Part shown: one piece after another, positions 41,051 to 54,719 of the stretch
Position numbering within the stretch: the stretch's first letter is position 1
Layout: each line of letters begins with the position of its first letter
NCBI GenBank assembly: GCA_964016885.1
Contig: OZ024743.1
Location: forward strand, 323,144,001-323,208,000
Direction of reading: 5' to 3'
Origin: Eledone cirrhosa
Taxonomy: Eukaryota
DNA: 64,000 bases
Notes under the pieces: model-generated
The model's input: only the letters and a program-made list of their open reading frames with translations
Databases searched by the model: none
What the model was told of the DNA's origin: nothing
Made by a program: the position numbers and the translations under genes

Positions 41051-41792
41051 CTGTCGATCACCGAGAAAAAGGGCCATTTTAGGGTGTGATTTAGTTATAT
41101 CTAGCAGATTGAGCAACTGCTTCAATGTCTTTTCGGCTAACAATAGTAATTAGTATTGAGTCTGAGATCAGCCCTGACTAAGTAGACCTACTATTGTTTC
41201 AATGCTCTTTCAGCTAATGATAGTAGTATTTGTTGAGTCCCAGGTCAGCCCTGACTAAGTAGACTTACCATCAAAGGCATTCCAACAAATCCATCTTGTC
41301 ACTTTAGGGTTATCTAGGACCACATTAGCCAGTGTGTCCTTTTTCATGACATCATGGCATAATTCAAGGAAAATTAGGCTGCTGTTTCTAGCAGGCTAAG
41401 TTACTATATAAAGGTTTCTTGAGGTCTGGATGCAAGTAGCTCAAATAATTGTTTAATCAACATTTTGACCATTGTTAATTTATTTTTATGTTGTCCTATA
41501 ATTTAAGACAGAAACTATCATGTATAAAAAGGAAGTGTATATTTATGAGGTAGATAGATATAGCAGCTATAATGAGAAGATTAAACTGGTACACTGGGTT
41601 ATGATTAGATATATTTTTATGTGCAGTCACTGACAACAATCACTGACAACATTTTTATGCAAGGAAAACTTGCTATAACCATTATATTACATATTTAGGC
41701 AAGGCATGTAATCTCACTTGACACTGGCTATTACTCTCACTTGATGGTTAATTGCTTGCTTATAAGCAAATATTTTATTTTATTGCTTTAAA

Positions 41793-42403
41793 TCATCATC
41801 ATCATCATCATCATCACTGTTTTACGTCCGTTCTTCCACGCTAGCATGGGTTAGACGGGTTGTCCTGTTGTGGGCAGTGTCTGGTCGGCTGACCATGCCT
41901 TGCTCATACAGGAACTGATTTGGCTTGATTTCTACAGCTGGATGCCCTTCCTAACACCAACCTCATTTACAGTGAGTGCTGGGTGCTTTTCTGTGGCGCC
42001 TACACGTCCACTTTACAGTGTGGGCTGGGTGCTTTTTTGCCGTGGCACCTCCACGACCACCTTGCAGTGGGGGTGTGGGGGCATATTGTCTATATGCTTC
42101 AGCTTGTACCCATGGGAGGTCGGGTACTCTGTATTACTGCGTGACACCAGAGGTCACGGTCGTGTGTCATCGCCTTTGAGAGGTGTAATTGGGTAAGGTC
42201 GACTTTTATCACCTCATCCCAGGTCTTCTTGGGTCTCAGCACTCCGTGGTTTACATCGACTTCTAATGCTCTGCACCTTTTTATGCAGCTGTCATCCTTC
42301 ATACGCATCACATGTCCATACCAACGCAACCACCTCTCCTGCACACAGCATTTGATTCCTCTTATGCTCAGTCTCTCTCTCAATTCATTTATGCTTTGTC
42401 GTT
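41793..42403 (-). mobile_element. RTE family C 3' end
   Basis: RQSINELRERLSIRG..; 3'UTR; ATG tail. Confidence 0.9.
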
Positions 42404-42549
42404 TAAATATATTTTTATTTACCTTTAAAGCAGTTGAATAAGAGATACAGTAAAGTACAGGAGCAAGTGCCATATAGTGTTTTGTTTCTGTCTGTATTCT
42501 GAATTTTAACCCTGTCAAAGTCAGCTTTACTTACATTCTTCCAGGGATG

Positions 42550-42840
42550 ATAAAAGTACCAGTAATGTACTGAGATTGATTCAATCCCCTATGTAAAGTA
42601 CTAGTAATGTATTAATGTTGATCCAATCCCCTATATAAAGTACCAATAATATATTGATGTTGATTCAATCTCTTAAAGTACCAGTAATGTACTGAGGTTG
42701 ATTCAATCCCCTGTATAAAGTACCAGTAATATATTGGTGTTGATTTAATCCCCTATATAAGTACCAGTATGTACTGGGGTTGATTCAATCCCTTATTTAA
42801 AGTACCAGTAATGTACTGATGTTCATTCAGTCCTCTATAT
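42550..42840. repeat. ~42-bp minisatellite (TAAAGTACCAGTAATGTACTGAGGTTGATTCAATCCCCTAT..), about 7 copies
   Basis: Unit starts at 42594 and 42636; continues from a SINE fragment. Confidence 0.8.
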
Positions 42841-43719
42841 TCCTACCTACAAATATGTAACACTGAGCTAATATAAGAAGTGTTTTGTGGTGTTTTTGTA
42901 ATATATATTGTTATAGTATCCTGTGAATTATGGACAATAGCCACAGGAAGTGTGTTCTACTAAAGAACCAGCATTAGCTAAAATTTCCCTGACCTAAATA
43001 CACAAACTAAACTTTTCTTTCCTTAAATCCTTCATACTGTACTAAACAACCCCTATTAGCCAAAACTTCCTCTGACCTCCTAAATACACAGAGACTAACC
43101 TTGTCTTTCCTTAAATCCCTCATACCTACCAAAAATGTAATGTTTAGTGGAGACAAACTCTGTAAGCCACATCATGTGTTATCTATCATAAAAACTGATA
43201 TAAGATAGTATGTGCTGGTGGTATGATAAAATACTGCTGTAAAGTTGTTTGTAATAAGAACATCCAGCCGTAGAAAACATACAAAAAAATGGAATGTACA
43301 AGTGAGATGTGGACTCCATAAGTTACAATGCAGGCTATCTATTTAGGAGGGTAATAACTCAGAATAAAAGAAAATGATAAAAACTAGAGAAAATTATTTA
43401 GTCCTCCTACATGTAGTAGCAATGCTATAGTAAAATTCACTGTTAATGCTGTAAGACATGCACAACAGTATTGGCCAGTTTTCTCTGTTGCTGTTTAAGC
43501 CAACCTAAAAAAATGAGTGTAAAAGGACAATTATAATAATGCACTGTCCAATATAAGCATCAGGACTTTATTGGCGAGGGGCACTGGATTACTGGATGCG
43601 ATCTTCTTGCTGCAATTAGAAATTGGGAATTAGAACTTTGTGCATGCTTCACCTTTGATGGAGGGGTGACTCAGGAATGGACAAAAAGATTTATTTTACA
43701 GGTAGTATGGTGGCCCTGC

Positions 43720-44295
43720 TCCATATGTAGGAAATAAGATAGGACCTTGATTCCCTCAGGGAAATTGCCCTGCTCAATATGTAAAGGAGTAGGCATAAAC
43801 TCTATATGATGTACATAATGTAAATCTTGGGAACACAAGTTGTAGTGGGATAACTGGTTGACTAACAGGAAGGGAAAATTGAGGAGAAGAGTGCCAGTGA
43901 TATAAACATTTTCCAACCACATGAAGGATCCATAGAAGTGGTTGATAGCTTCTGCTATTTAGGTGATTTAATTAGCAGTGGAGGAGAGTGCTCTGAGAGC
44001 ATAATAGTTAACATAAGGATAGAATGGAAAAAGTTGAGAAAACTACTCACACTGTTGACTATAAAAGGTTTCTCCCTATGTACAAAAAAGAAGACTGTAT
44101 GACGCCTGCAAGCGAAGTGAGATGCTTTATGGTAGTGAAACATGGGTTGTGACTGCAGAGCACATGCATAGGCTGGAGAGAAATGAAGCAACCATGCTTC
44201 ATTGGATTTGCAATGTGAGAGAAAAGCAGAGCTTGGATGGACTGAAGGAGAAACAGGGTTTAAGAGGAATCTGAAATGGTGTGCAAGAGAGATAG
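43720..44295 (+). mobile_element. Decayed RTE (PHD-type) fragment
   Basis: IPSGKLPCSICKG.., VVDSFCYLGD, GSETW recognisable in DNA. Confidence 0.75.
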
Positions 44296-44701
44296 CATGT
44301 GGGTCCTAGAAACTTTTAAGGGGACATCAGCTAAGAGTGTGTGCTTGGGATAGCATGGGAGTGAGGGTGGTGTAGTGATGTTAAAAATAGCTGTTAGTGA
44401 GTGCTAGCTGAAGGTGGGTACGGGGATAGGTCAGGCCACATTGTATGCTGTAGGTTGGATCTTCTTCAGCACAACATAGCACCAGTCTGTGTGGTCTTTA
44501 GTCATTTTTGTTCTAAGGTTTAGTTTTTATGGTCAGTCTTCAGTCTCATCCCCTGTCTTTCTGGATTTGCCTCTTCCATGGGTCCCAGCCACCGAGGTTT
44601 CACTGCATTTCTTTATATAGCTGACATCTTTCATGCATATCCATATTTTACTATAAACACTTTAAGATACATAATTAAATATAATTTCATTTATTTTACA
44701 G

Positions 44702-44800
44702 GTAGTATGGTTCGAACAACAATATGCCAAACGACGAACGAAACGAGATATTGCACCAAAAAATATTAATGATCCCTTGTACCCGAAACAGTGGTACTTT
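44702..44800 (+). CDS. Furin-like convertase exon with propeptide cleavage site
   Basis: ttacag|VVWFEQQYAKRRTKR-DIAPKNINDPLYPKQWYF|gtaagt; furin VQWLEQQVAKRRTKRD..DPKFPQQWYL. Confidence 0.93.
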
Positions 44801-46429
44801 GTAAGTAAATAACCTTTTCCTATAATACTTACCCTCAAAAGGTAGGTAAGCTGCTGTAAACTTATATAACGGTCATAAAAACCAAATTTAAAAGATAGCA
44901 AAGAAATAGTTTGATTTGAAAACATTTATTGACAAATACTATTTCTCTCTCTCATCTCGTTGACGTCACAGATGACCTGGCAACCAGCTCTTTCCATTCC
45001 TCTCACCTATCCGCCCTCCTCATGGTTGCACCGTGGATGTTGTCCTCCTATCTCTTTTTCTGTCTGCTCTCCTCCTTCCTCCTACTGTTCCAGGATAGTC
45101 TTCGCAAGCCCTGAATACTATTTACAGGACTTTAAGTAACAAAGTACTCTCGGGTCTCGAATAATTGTGTGTGTGTGTGTCCTCCGCTTACTGATTTTTC
45201 AGATTTTTTCCAACTCCCACCGCTTATTAAATTTTGTTAATCTATCTCTGGCGAAATTTTTATTTTCTTTATAAATTAAAAAACATTATATGACAAAAAA
45301 AAGTACATTACTAGAAACCTCATTCATTATGATATAAATAGGATGGGCTGGGGTCTCAATATGTAAACTACACAACTAATTCTGGTTTTTAAAAAAATTC
45401 AACAGAAATAAGCTAGTAAAATTACCAATTTTCTAGCTTATTTTCATGGAACCCATGAGTAGAATATAATTTAATTTCAAATGTATTTACAAAATATAAT
45501 AATGTGATAAAAAATTACAGCTGTATCAAGCTACATTGACTAGTTTATACCAAAAATAAAAAGAAAAGCTATATTTCATGACTTGATGAAAGGAAAAGAA
45601 AATGTCTTTTATAATGTATGTTGGTATTATTGCAGAAACAGATTTAACGAGAGATATCTGAATAGACTTCCTGACATTTTTACAAAACCAACTACCTCCT
45701 TTTCTATACAGTAATGGCAGTAAGATCTACCTATAATGTTAGTGACAGTGGTGGTTTTTAACCCCAGGTTAGCGCTGATTCAGTAAATATATGATCAAAA
45801 TCATTCCAGATATAACCATCTATCCTACTATTATCATTTTTTTTTTTTTTACCATAATATTCCCTGAACGATATAAGCCAAGTGTGTCTTTCATTTTTTA
45901 AAACTGTTTGAGGGAGATTTAGCTGTTACTTCTAGCAAGTTGACAGACCACAGAGAGACTCTCACATTGTCTCATTTTCAAAATCCAAAATCTTCTCTCC
46001 TGTTGGAGGAACCCTTTCCTGGTTGATCGCCATCACTTCATATTTCTGGCCATATTGGGTCATGTGGGGCCAAGCTATCATTTTAGTTGTGTAGAAATTC
46101 ATAATGAGAAACTGCATATATTTATCTCCATTGGTTACTGTTCTCATTAGCTATGACAGAGAAAATTGTGATCCTTATAATATTTCTTTCAATCTTACAT
46201 TTACATTTGTCTTACAGAAAACTAACTCCTTTGCTTCTATATAAAATTCCTTGATTTTCTTGCTTTAATCAGTTGAAAGCAATTTATTTGATTTATTATT
46301 AAATGTTGTTGTTGTTAACTTCAGATTGCCACTGAACTAACATACATTATGTCTAAATGAAATATATGACGGTCACAGTTGCCTATAATCATAGGTCTGC
46401 ATGATCAATGGGCTAAATAATAAAAAAAT

Positions 46430-47310
46430 CTTCTTCGCCCTCTTATTCCTGAGAGGGTTGTTGGGGCAGAGTCCTGAAATAGTCCTTCCAGCAGGTCCTG
46501 TCAGAAGCAACCATCTCTAACTGATCCAGCTGGATCCCCAAATGAGACCAGCCAAGCTCATGGATGTTATCCAACCATCTTGCTCAGGGTCTGCCTCTGG
46601 GTCTCTGCCAGTTGGTTTTGCCCATAATATCTGTCCAGTGATTCTTTCCTGAGACATCTAACCACATACCTATAGTATCAGAGCTGTGATCTCTCAATTT
46701 TGAGAAGTAGCAGCTCTACCTGGAGTGACTATCTGATCTCTGAGCTATCCACTCTATCAAATAACGTTACTGTAAAGACCCTTCGAAGTAATGCCATTTC
46801 AGCCGTTTGTGTTCGCTATCATATTCTTTCAGTCATTACCCATGATTCACGACCATAGGATTGGCATTTATACCGAATTGAAGATAGTGAGTTTGGCTTT
46901 TATACCTAGCTCCTTTCTTCTGATTACTGAATGTTGAAGCTGGCACATTACTGCACCAGCTCCTGTAATTCTTGTGCTTAATTCAGCCTCCTGCCTTCCA
47001 TCACTCGTGAACATGGTCCTGAGATACTTGAACTTCTCTATCTGCTTCAGTGGAACTCCATATAGAGTGCACTCTGCAGGCTTCCTTGAGAGGATTAGTG
47101 TCTCAGTTTTCACAGCACTGATTTTCATTCTAGCCATGCAGCACTTGGCATCAAACCTATTGAGTGCAAGTCAGAGATCATCTTCTGTCAAGTTAAGTAA
47201 CACCATGTTGTCTGTAAATTCCAGTTGACTGATTTTACACCCACCAGTCATGATACCACTTCCAACCTGGCTGTGCATGTCAATCCTGTTTGTGTAAATA
47301 ATGAACAGCT
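46430..47310 (-). mobile_element. Decayed RTE LINE of another family (no PHD insert); related + fragments at 57590-57920 and 60040-60240
   Basis: MKISAVKTETL..LKQIEKFKYL..FTSDGRQEAELSTRI. Confidence 0.75.
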
Positions 47311-47487
47311 CTACTAAGAAACAATAAATTATATGAAAAAGAAAACTGAATGCTTCTCTTAATGGGGATATTGACAACTTAACCTTCTTCTTTTGAATTA
47401 AATCAACTTTCAGAACAAACAAAAATCATAAAAATCCACTTTTATCTTGTTAAACAGAAGGACTAGAACTGTAACAATGCTAGAAAT

Positions 47488-47716
47488 AGACCTGTGGTTA
47501 AACAGGAGGAGCAGACCTGTGGTTAAACAGGAGGAGCAGACCTGTGGTTAAACAGGAGGAAGAGGCCTGTGGTTAAATAGGAGTAGACCTCTGGTTAAAC
47601 AGGAGGAGTAGACCTCTGGTTAAACAGGAGGAGTAGACCTCTGGTTAAACAGGAGGAGTAGACCTCTGGTTAAACAGGAGTAGACCTGTGGTTAAACAGG
47701 AAGAATAGACCAGTGG
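47488..47716. repeat. 25-bp minisatellite (AGACCTSTGGTTAAACAGGAGGAGT), about 9 copies
   Basis: Units at 47585, 47610, 47635. Confidence 0.9.
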
Positions 47717-48248
47717 CAATAGTTGAAATAGATAAGAATCAATCACTCAATCAATAACACAGTAAAATATACTGCAACTAGAAGAATAGTTTAGAGGGGA
47801 GGGTGTTATTGATGCTTTAGATTAATACATGAAATTGAGTTAATTGTTAAAAATAAGATAATAGGTATTAATACTTTGGCTGTTCCAGTAATGAACTGTA
47901 AGATATAATTTGGTCAATTGGAAATTAAGTACATTAAGAGAAATAATATATTTGGTGCCTTTAATCTTTACAAAGCCATTTGTACTATTTCCAAAATTTG
48001 TCTGATTATGTTGTGGTAGTTGTAATTGCAGAATAAATATTGTTGCTTTAGTATTAATGAAGTGTGCCCAGCCACTTTTCTGTCATTATTATCTACTTAG
48101 TGCATATCTTTCTTTTTATCTTGGTTAATCTGAGAAGAAAGATGAACTAGGGTAGGTGAATAACAAATGCGAGTGAATTTTTCACTTTCAATTAGTGCAG
48201 AGGAAATAATAAGCAGGGCAAAGGAAAAATCTTTAGAGAGATAATATA

Positions 48249-48780
48249 CCGTTTATACTCATATATAAGCTGAGAAATATGTGACAAAAAAAAAATTTAT
48301 GGTAAAAATGGGGATTCAGCTTATATATGAGGTGAATAACATACCAATTTTCACCTACTTCAAAATTCTACATAAATGAGGTATAAAATATTTTCCCTTT
48401 AGAGGTGAATATTACACCAGTTTCTCTTTGGAGGTGAATATTACCCTGGTTTCACTTTCAATTTAAAAGTCCTAATGTTTTTGATATGTTTTGAATGAAT
48501 ATAGCTTTCGAAATTGTCAGAAATTGGTAAATAGTCATTATGTAATGGAGTTGTGAAACAAAACCTAAACTCTAAATGACACTTATAATATTTTGGTATT
48601 TAAAATGTTTTAACTTCATAAATATATTCTCCACTCATGAGAATTTCAAAACTGCACCATCTAAACACAATGTGTCGATTAATTGTCTTGGCTTATAAAT
48701 GGAGTTTGGATTTTTGCCTATTTCTCAGACATGAAATAGAGGGTTGAATTATATTTGAATTGGATTGGGAGTATATATGG
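48249..48780. mobile_element. Possible pogo/Tigger-like MITE
   Basis: TA-CCGTTTATACTC ... GAGTATATATGG-TA imperfect TIRs. Confidence 0.45.
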
Positions 48781-48981
48781 TAAATCTAGAGAAGAAAGAT
48801 TGGGAAAAATCATTGAATACAGGTTCATTGAAAATCATTGAATATCATTGAATACAAGACATAACAAATAACACTGGTTGTTAAGCTGTATTCACAGAAA
48901 CACAGACAAAAAAATACATATACATGCAAGTGCATACACACTCACACACAAACATATATCATCATCATATATATATATATA

Positions 48982-49027
<46 letters not shown>

Positions 49028-49031
<4 letters not shown>

Positions 49032-49319
49032 AGGCACATGGCTTAGTGGTTAGAGCATTGGCCTTGCAATCGAAAGGTTGTGAGTTCAATTCTCAGACCG
49101 GGTGATGTATTGTTTCCTTGAGCAAGACACTTTATTTCACATTGCTCCAGTTTACTCAGCTGCAAAGTGGTCGTGGAGGTGCCACGGAAAAAAAGCACCC
49201 AGCACTCACTGTAAATGAGGTTGGTGTTAGGAAGGGCATCCAGCTGTAGAAATCAAGCCAGAATCAGTTGCCGTCCCACCCTTGCAAGCAGGGAAAAGTG
49301 GACGTAAAATGATGATGAT

Positions 49320-49320
<1 letters not shown>
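49028..49320 (+). mobile_element. tRNA-derived SINE with internal deletion
   Basis: Same family as 13942; sits between (TA)n tracts. Confidence 0.87.
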
Positions 49321-49376
<56 letters not shown>

Positions 49377-49609
49377 TCATTTTACATCCATTTTTCCACA
49401 CTAGCATAGGTTAATTCTAGGTAAGGTGAGCATATCTTGCTTACACAGAACTCATTTTGGCTTGGTTTCTAAAGGTGGATGCCTTTCCTAATGTCAACCA
49501 CATTTACTTTTTATCGTGGCACCCACACAACCACTTTACAGTGTGGGCTAGAGGCTTCACTGGATGTATATATACATCACCATCATTTTATGTCTGCTTT
49601 TCCCTGCTT

Positions 49610-50312
49610 GCAATTACTGTGCTCAAAAGGGCCCTTCCATCCTCAGGGACCAAATGTGAGATGAGGAGGGGGGGGGGGCATGATTTCCTCTAATTATAAT
49701 GCTAATCTGCAATACAGCTGATAGGTTACTATTTATTATTTTCATATCATATATTATAATGGGCTTAGACAAGTATATTACAGAGTTATAATGGCCAAGT
49801 AGTTAGATTATTAGTCTATGGACTGAAGAGTTTGGGATTTGTATCCTATCATTTGTAGTAGTGTGGTGAGATTATTATGATGGTGACAGTTGTGATATGT
49901 TGTTTGTATTTACCATAGTGATGTGTAAAGAGCAAGTGATTTACTGCTAGCCACTTTCACTAGAACTGTTACATTTTCTGAGCAACACCTGTCCAAATTT
50001 ACATGACACAATAACAGATAGACATTGTGTTGTAGTAATGTGATAGTAGCTACAGTATAATGGCAGTGAATCTACAGTTATTAAAGTGTTCAAATCAGCA
50101 GGTCTTTATTTTGACTATAACTATATCTCACTTCCATTAAGTCTTGAAGGCCCTGATTAAGCAGTAAAAAACAATTACTGTGCTCAAAAGGGCCCTTACG
50201 TCCTCAGGGATCAAATGTGAGATGAGGAGGGGGGGGGGGGGCATGATTTCCTCTAATTATAATGCTAATCTGCACTACAGCTGATAGGTTACTATTTATT
50301 ATTTTCACATCA
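49610..50312. repeat. ~140-bp direct repeat (49610-49750, 50172-50312)
   Basis: CAATTACTGTGCTCAAAAGGGCCCTT...TTATTATTTTCA present twice. Confidence 0.85.
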
Positions 50313-50414
50313 AAATGAATACACATATGATAGTGGGATATGTGAATTAGTACAAAATGTAGGGGGTGAAATTTTCAATTTCAAATTTTCCTTAATTTTT
50401 TTTTATATCTTATA

Positions 50415-51957
50415 ATAATAATAATGAAATTGTGTACAGTTCTCAGGTGCACTACAACTCGTCAAAGCTGTTTGTATAGTACATAGAATAATGTACAAAT
50501 TTCAGGGAAGTGAATAGTGTATGAGTCATGATATACATGTGTGTGTGTATGGAGGAGGAATATTAGGTGTAGTGTTGACGAATCTCAGGAAGCATGGAGG
50601 TTTTAAAGGATGCAGTGTCTCGACAGCTAACAACTGACGCAGGCAGTTTGTTCCATCCTTCAGCAACTCTGAGCATGAAAAAATGTTTCCGAAAGTCATG
50701 GGAGCTGTGCTGTTTTCTGACTTTGTTGGCATGTCTACGTGTGTTAGACACATGGAAATCAAAAAGGTACTCAGGGTTGTTGTTGGCAAGATGGTTAATA
50801 ATTTTGTGGGTGTTTACCAAGTCAGTTGCCAGCCATCGGAGCTTCAATGTATCCATGCACAGGGAAGCAAGGCGCTCAGAGTATGGTAGATGCCTGATAT
50901 TCGCTTGGTTGCATGTCTCTGAACAGTTTCCAGGCGGTCAATGTTCTGAGCAAGATGGGGTTCCAAACTGGTGATGCAAATTCTAAGTGTGGCTGCACCA
51001 TAGCTATATACAACTTTAAATAGATAGCTGAAGAGCGGCTGACAAAGGTCTTGCTGAAGCATGGTAAGACACCCTCGGCTTTCTTGACAATTTTAGAGAC
51101 GTGCTTCGTCCAACACAAATCATTGCTGACAGTAATGCCCAGGTCACGTTCACAAGACTTTGTGATATTAGTGTTGTGGTGGGAGTATGTGGACAGCTTG
51201 AGTTGCCAGTCCGTGATCCATTGTTGCATTGTCCAGGTCAGATTGCAGGCAAGATCTATTGTCAGGATCTGTCCTTTTAATCTCAAGGTACAGCTTGATG
51301 TCATCTGCATATTTCAGTACTGTGACATTCTTTAAGTTGGCATCTATGTCATTAATATATGCCACAAACAAAAGGGGGCCAAGAACAGATCCCTGTGGTA
51401 CACCAGATGACATCTCATACGGTGAGGAATGCTGTCCTAGAACCATGACTACCTCTCTTCGACTGAGAATGAAGGACTTCAACCAGTTAAAAAGATCATC
51501 CTTCACACCCATTGCAGAGAGTTTTGCCATAAGTCTTTTGTGTGGCACAGAATTGAAAGCTTTAGCAAAGTCAAGGTAAACAACATCCACCCATGAGCCG
51601 CCATCAGTGATCCGGGTGATGTCTTCAAGAAACTCACAGCAGCTGGAGTTAGGGATAAATCCAAATTGCAAGGGCCGGATAAGACTGTAAGAGTTCCAGA
51701 AGTTCCAAAGTGTTTCTCTGATACAGGATTCCATCAGTTTGGCAATGCAGCTAGTAAGACTGACTGGACGATAGTTCACAGGTGATGTGCAGTCACCCTT
51801 TTTGAACAGAGGAATGACACTGGCAGTTTTCCACTGTTCTGGAGTAGCACCGTTGTTCAGACAGAATTGGAAGAAGCGTGATAGCTGGTGCAGAAGGAAG
51901 TACCCACAACGTTTGAGAAGCAGGTACGTAACACCATCAAGACCAGGAGAAGCATCT
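50415..51957 (-). mobile_element. CR1-clade LINE, 5'-truncated, decayed; extra 3'-tip copy at 52255-52328
   Basis: NYRPVSLTS, VVYLDFAKAFNSVPH, SGVPQGSVLGPLLF, KYADD, ERDLGI, RKHFF.LRV..WNKLP. Confidence 0.88.
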
Positions 51958-52613
51958 TATTACTGAATGAGACTAATTTTGTTAGAATGTTGAATAGAAT
52001 GGTTTGTGGTATTCTTTCTGTCTCTCTACACTGAAGTCAAATCCCTCTGAGGTTAGCTTTGCCGTTCATCCTTTCGAGGTTGATAAAAAAAGTACCAGTT
52101 TAGTACTAGGTTGATTCTCCCTCAGTATCTCATACTTACTTCCTTTCTCTTTCTCTCTCCCTCTCTCACTTGCATTCAGACCTGAAGAAGTATGGGCTAC
52201 ACCAGGTTTAAAATGCCCAAGGTATGCTGTATACCACAGCGGCACCACTACGATAAAAATTGTGTACAGTGCTCGGGTGCACTACAACTCATCAAAGGTG
52301 CATGTATAGTACATAGAATAATGTACATGTAGATATCAACTATTTAATTGTTGTTTTGGATGGATTCAGCTACTATGTTGAGCAGATCATGTTACTACCT
52401 CTCTTGCTGCTTTGATTGGATTTGAAACTATTGAACAGTTGAATAATTTTACAACACTGCAAACTGTTGTTTTTGTTTTTAATGAAAATAAAATTGAAAA
52501 ATTGGACATATAAGCACTGGATTAATTTTTGGTGCCGTGTCACATTGATAAACCATTTTAGTATAAATTACTTCGGTTTTTTTTTAAGAAGAGATGGGCT
52601 CTGTCAGCTTTAA

Positions 52614-52833
52614 CCCTTTAGCATTTAAATAGGCCATATCCAGCCAGAATTCTCTCACCTCTTTCTGTTCAAACCGGCCATAACTAGCCACTCATACTGA
52701 TGTTAAGGTATTGTTCTCAAAATAAATAACATCAAACATTGTAGATTCAATATTATGTGTGATAATTATGTAAGATAAAGCCTTTACTGTGAAAATACAA
52801 CAGTAAATAATAGAGTTATGTAATGCTAAAGGG
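52614..52833. mobile_element. piggyBac-type MITE (220 bp)
   Basis: TTAA TSD; TIR CCCTTTAGCATT/AATGCTAAAGGG. Confidence 0.88.
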
Positions 52834-53022
52834 TTAAAAAATGTCAAAGAAATGCTGTATGTCACTACACTTCCATCATGAGTTACTGGCACATACATGC
52901 ACATGATGCTTTACAAGTGATTATTGATGGGGATAAACATAAAGAAACAAAACTAAAATATTAATTACTTTTTCTGTGTTTTGTAGTTTCATAAGTGGTT
53001 TCCTTGTTTCTTATATTTTCAG

Positions 53023-53157
53023 CAAGGTGGTGGACAAGGAGGGTATGATATGAATGTAAAACCTGCTTGGAAAATGGGATATACTGGTAAAGGAATTGTA
53101 ATTTCTATCCTGGATGATGGAATTGAAAAGGACCACCCAGACCTGAAAAAGAATTAT
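53023..53157 (+). CDS. Furin-like convertase exon with catalytic Asp
   Basis: tttcag|QGGGQGGYDMNVKPAWKMGYTGKGIVISILDDGIEKDHPDLKKNY|gtaaga. Confidence 0.96.
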
Positions 53158-53759
53158 GTAAGAATAATTGTCTTAATTAAATCCACATAGATCTTAAAAT
53201 ATCTCTTCAAAATATTTTATGCCTCAATTTTTGTGTAGTTTCATGTTTGATCCTAGTTAGGGTTAAAGTGAGTAGATGGAAGACAGTAGCATTCTCTTTC
53301 ATAATCATAATCATCATCGTCACTGTTTGTCTATTTTCCATGCTTGCACGGGTTATGTTATGAGACTAGCCAGGTCAGGTGACCACATCTTGCTTATATG
53401 GAACTGTTTGTGGCTTAGTTTATACAGCTAGATGCTCTTCCTAATGCCAACCATGTTACAGTATGGACTGTGTGCTTTTTATTGTGGCACCAGTATGACC
53501 ATTTGACAATGTGGACTGGGTGCTTTTTATCAGGGCCCCAATATAACTACCTAACAAGGTTGACTGGCTGCGTTTTGTCATGTCACTATACTGGGTGGTG
53601 CATTCTTCTCCAGAGAAAGAGTTAGCATTTACAACCATCTGCCTATCTCAGAAGATAATGTAATTTCATATTGGAAATATGGGCTAATGGCTTATATGGT
53701 TTTATGTGTTAAAACCTGGGACTATACTCCAAGAACTTGGCTTAATGATACATATATCA

Positions 53760-53952
53760 TAATTGTTTCTACGTTAGGCACAAGGCCAGCAATTACACCA
53801 GTGTATTACTGGTATTTTATTTTATCGACCCCGTAAGGATGAAAGGCAAAGTTAACCTCGGCGGGATTTGAACTCAGATCATAAAGGGACGTAACTCTAT
53901 GCTTCAAAGCATGGTGTCCGACTCTCTAACGATTCTGCCAATCCACCGCCCT
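53760..53952 (-). mobile_element. Meta-domain-like SINE
   Basis: Reverse complement of the 37190 family, better preserved. Confidence 0.7.
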
Positions 53953-54287
53953 CACATATATCATAATGACCTCAAGTTCTTGTTCATTAAAAATGATTTA
54001 GCTTCTGTTAGTGTAGTCATCCTACTATAAACCATTTTATCCAGGAGAAACTAGCTTTACCAAGACTAACCATCCTTGGACTATATATACATTAATGGGA
54101 TAGAGTTAAACATAGCTAATAAAGCACTTGGGTTTTTTGGCTGCTAATTCTAGCTAGTTGAACAAGCATGTAGTGGCTCCCTCATAAGCTTGTGACATAG
54201 TAATGACTGGATGGGGAAAGTCCATAGCTAAATTGCCTTTTCTTACTCTGTAATTTATAATTTTGTGTCTCTTCCATCTGCTTTCAG

Positions 54288-54364
54288 GATCCTGAAGCAA
54301 GTTATGATGTGAATGCACATGACCCGGATCCTACACCACGTTATGATCCCTCAGATGAGAACAG
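54288..54364 (+). CDS. Furin-like convertase exon (77 nt)
   Basis: tttcag|DPEASYDVNAHDPDPTPRYDPSDEN(R)|gtatgt; ends in phase 2. Confidence 0.96.
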
Positions 54365-54612
54365 GTATGTTTGGTTCTATTGAACAAGTAAGGATTCATA
54401 GCAGATATAACATTTGCCACCGGCAAATGCGAGGAAGTTCTCCAGGAATCTTTAAAAATCTTCCCACCGAAGTTAACAAAGAACTTACTAGATCTACCAA
54501 CTCATAATATTATAATATTATAAAATTAAATCAAATTGTTTGGAACTACAAGTGAAGTCATTCTTTGCCTTTTTTCAAATATACCTATCTGTACCAAGGA
54601 TTTCACACATTT

Positions 54613-54669
<57 letters not shown>

Positions 54670-54719
54670 GGTTTGAGGTTCACCACTGGATAGAGCTGGT
54701 CTATTCCGTATATATATAG

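Noticed and set aside
47488-47716. CRISPR-like periodicity of the 25-, 42- and 52-bp arrays
   Set aside because: Head-to-tail units without unique spacers, no cas genes, eukaryotic context
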